A stretch of DNA of 64,000 bases, from NCBI GenBank assembly GCA_028023455.1, contig JAQFVV010000006.1, positions 558,001 to 622,000 of the forward strand. The letters are read 5' to 3'. Of this stretch, positions 63,656 to 64,000 are shown in pieces (the stretch's first letter is position 1; each line of letters begins with the position of its first letter). A program made the position numbers and the translations under genes. Source of the stretch: Epiperipatus broadwayi. Its lineage: Eukaryota; Animalia; Onychophora. The notes beneath the pieces were generated by a model. The model saw only the letters and a program-made list of their open reading frames with translations. It searched no databases and was not told where the DNA came from.

Positions 63656-64000
63656 GTGATGTGATGCACTGTGACTTCTCCTTATACGGAGTCAGGAATC
63701 TGAGCAACTATGCCCAGAGAAACCTGTTTAGCCACTTTACCTTTCCTTTCGATTCTCCACCCTAAGTTTTCATATAATCTGCTCCAACCCATTTCCAAAA
63801 CATCATCTTTGTCAATGCCATAGCCTTTATATCTAAATACCCTTTATCTTTTCCTAAACCCAGCATAAAAACCAATGACCCACTTTCTGTATAATCACTT
63901 TGTTCATATTTATTCTTCCGTAACTTCATTATTTGTACCCTTTCTGCTTCCAAGCATTTACATTGAAGTAACAGATGTCTAAAATTTTCTTTGCCTTCCT
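63656..64000 (-). mobile_element. 3' end of the (CATCA)n-tailed LINE, running off the window
   Basis: Reverse complement of 16270-16591 and 41400-41713; gtgatgtgatg tail. Confidence 0.88.

Noticed and set aside
704-63953. Most 60-120 aa ORFs in the six-frame track
   Set aside because: Low-complexity F/I/L/Y-rich translations expected in AT-rich DNA, or antisense/frameshifted pieces of TEs. No splice or motif support.
1-64000. Intronic C/D-box snoRNAs, which are expected in ribosome-biogenesis host genes
   Set aside because: The RTGATGA boxes I inspected lacked a suitably spaced CTGA with a terminal stem. H/ACA RNAs cannot be excluded by eye; snoScan/snoGPS/Infernal would be needed.
1-64000. 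CRISPR arrays or prokaryotic operons/contamination
   Set aside because: No regularly spaced repeat-spacer arrays; a spliced eukaryotic gene spans the window.

Overview
AT-rich animal genomic DNA, arthropod-like by inference only. The window lies inside one + strand gene, the pre-rRNA 2'-O-methyltransferase FTSJ3/SPB1. I trace 13 GT-AG coding exons from 2479 to 62922; their phases join into one open frame of about 537 codons, and the gene is incomplete at both window ends. The introns hold many transposon remains: RTE LINEs, a LINE family with a (CATCA)n tail, a TSD-flanked L1/Tx1-type element, mariner/Tc1 relics, tRNA-Gly-derived retrocopies and palindromic MITE-like elements. The main unexplained signal is a dense set of minimal type I hammerhead ribozyme (HHR) motifs from at least five repeat families. 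One family is physically linked to a Penelope GIY-YIG endonuclease remnant. The motifs show compensatory changes at the core 3:8 pair (C:G, A:U, U:A) and in stem II. Several motifs with an intact core lie in the sense strand of the host pre-mRNA, three of them within 2 kb of one intron. All structures were read by eye; none was computed or tested.
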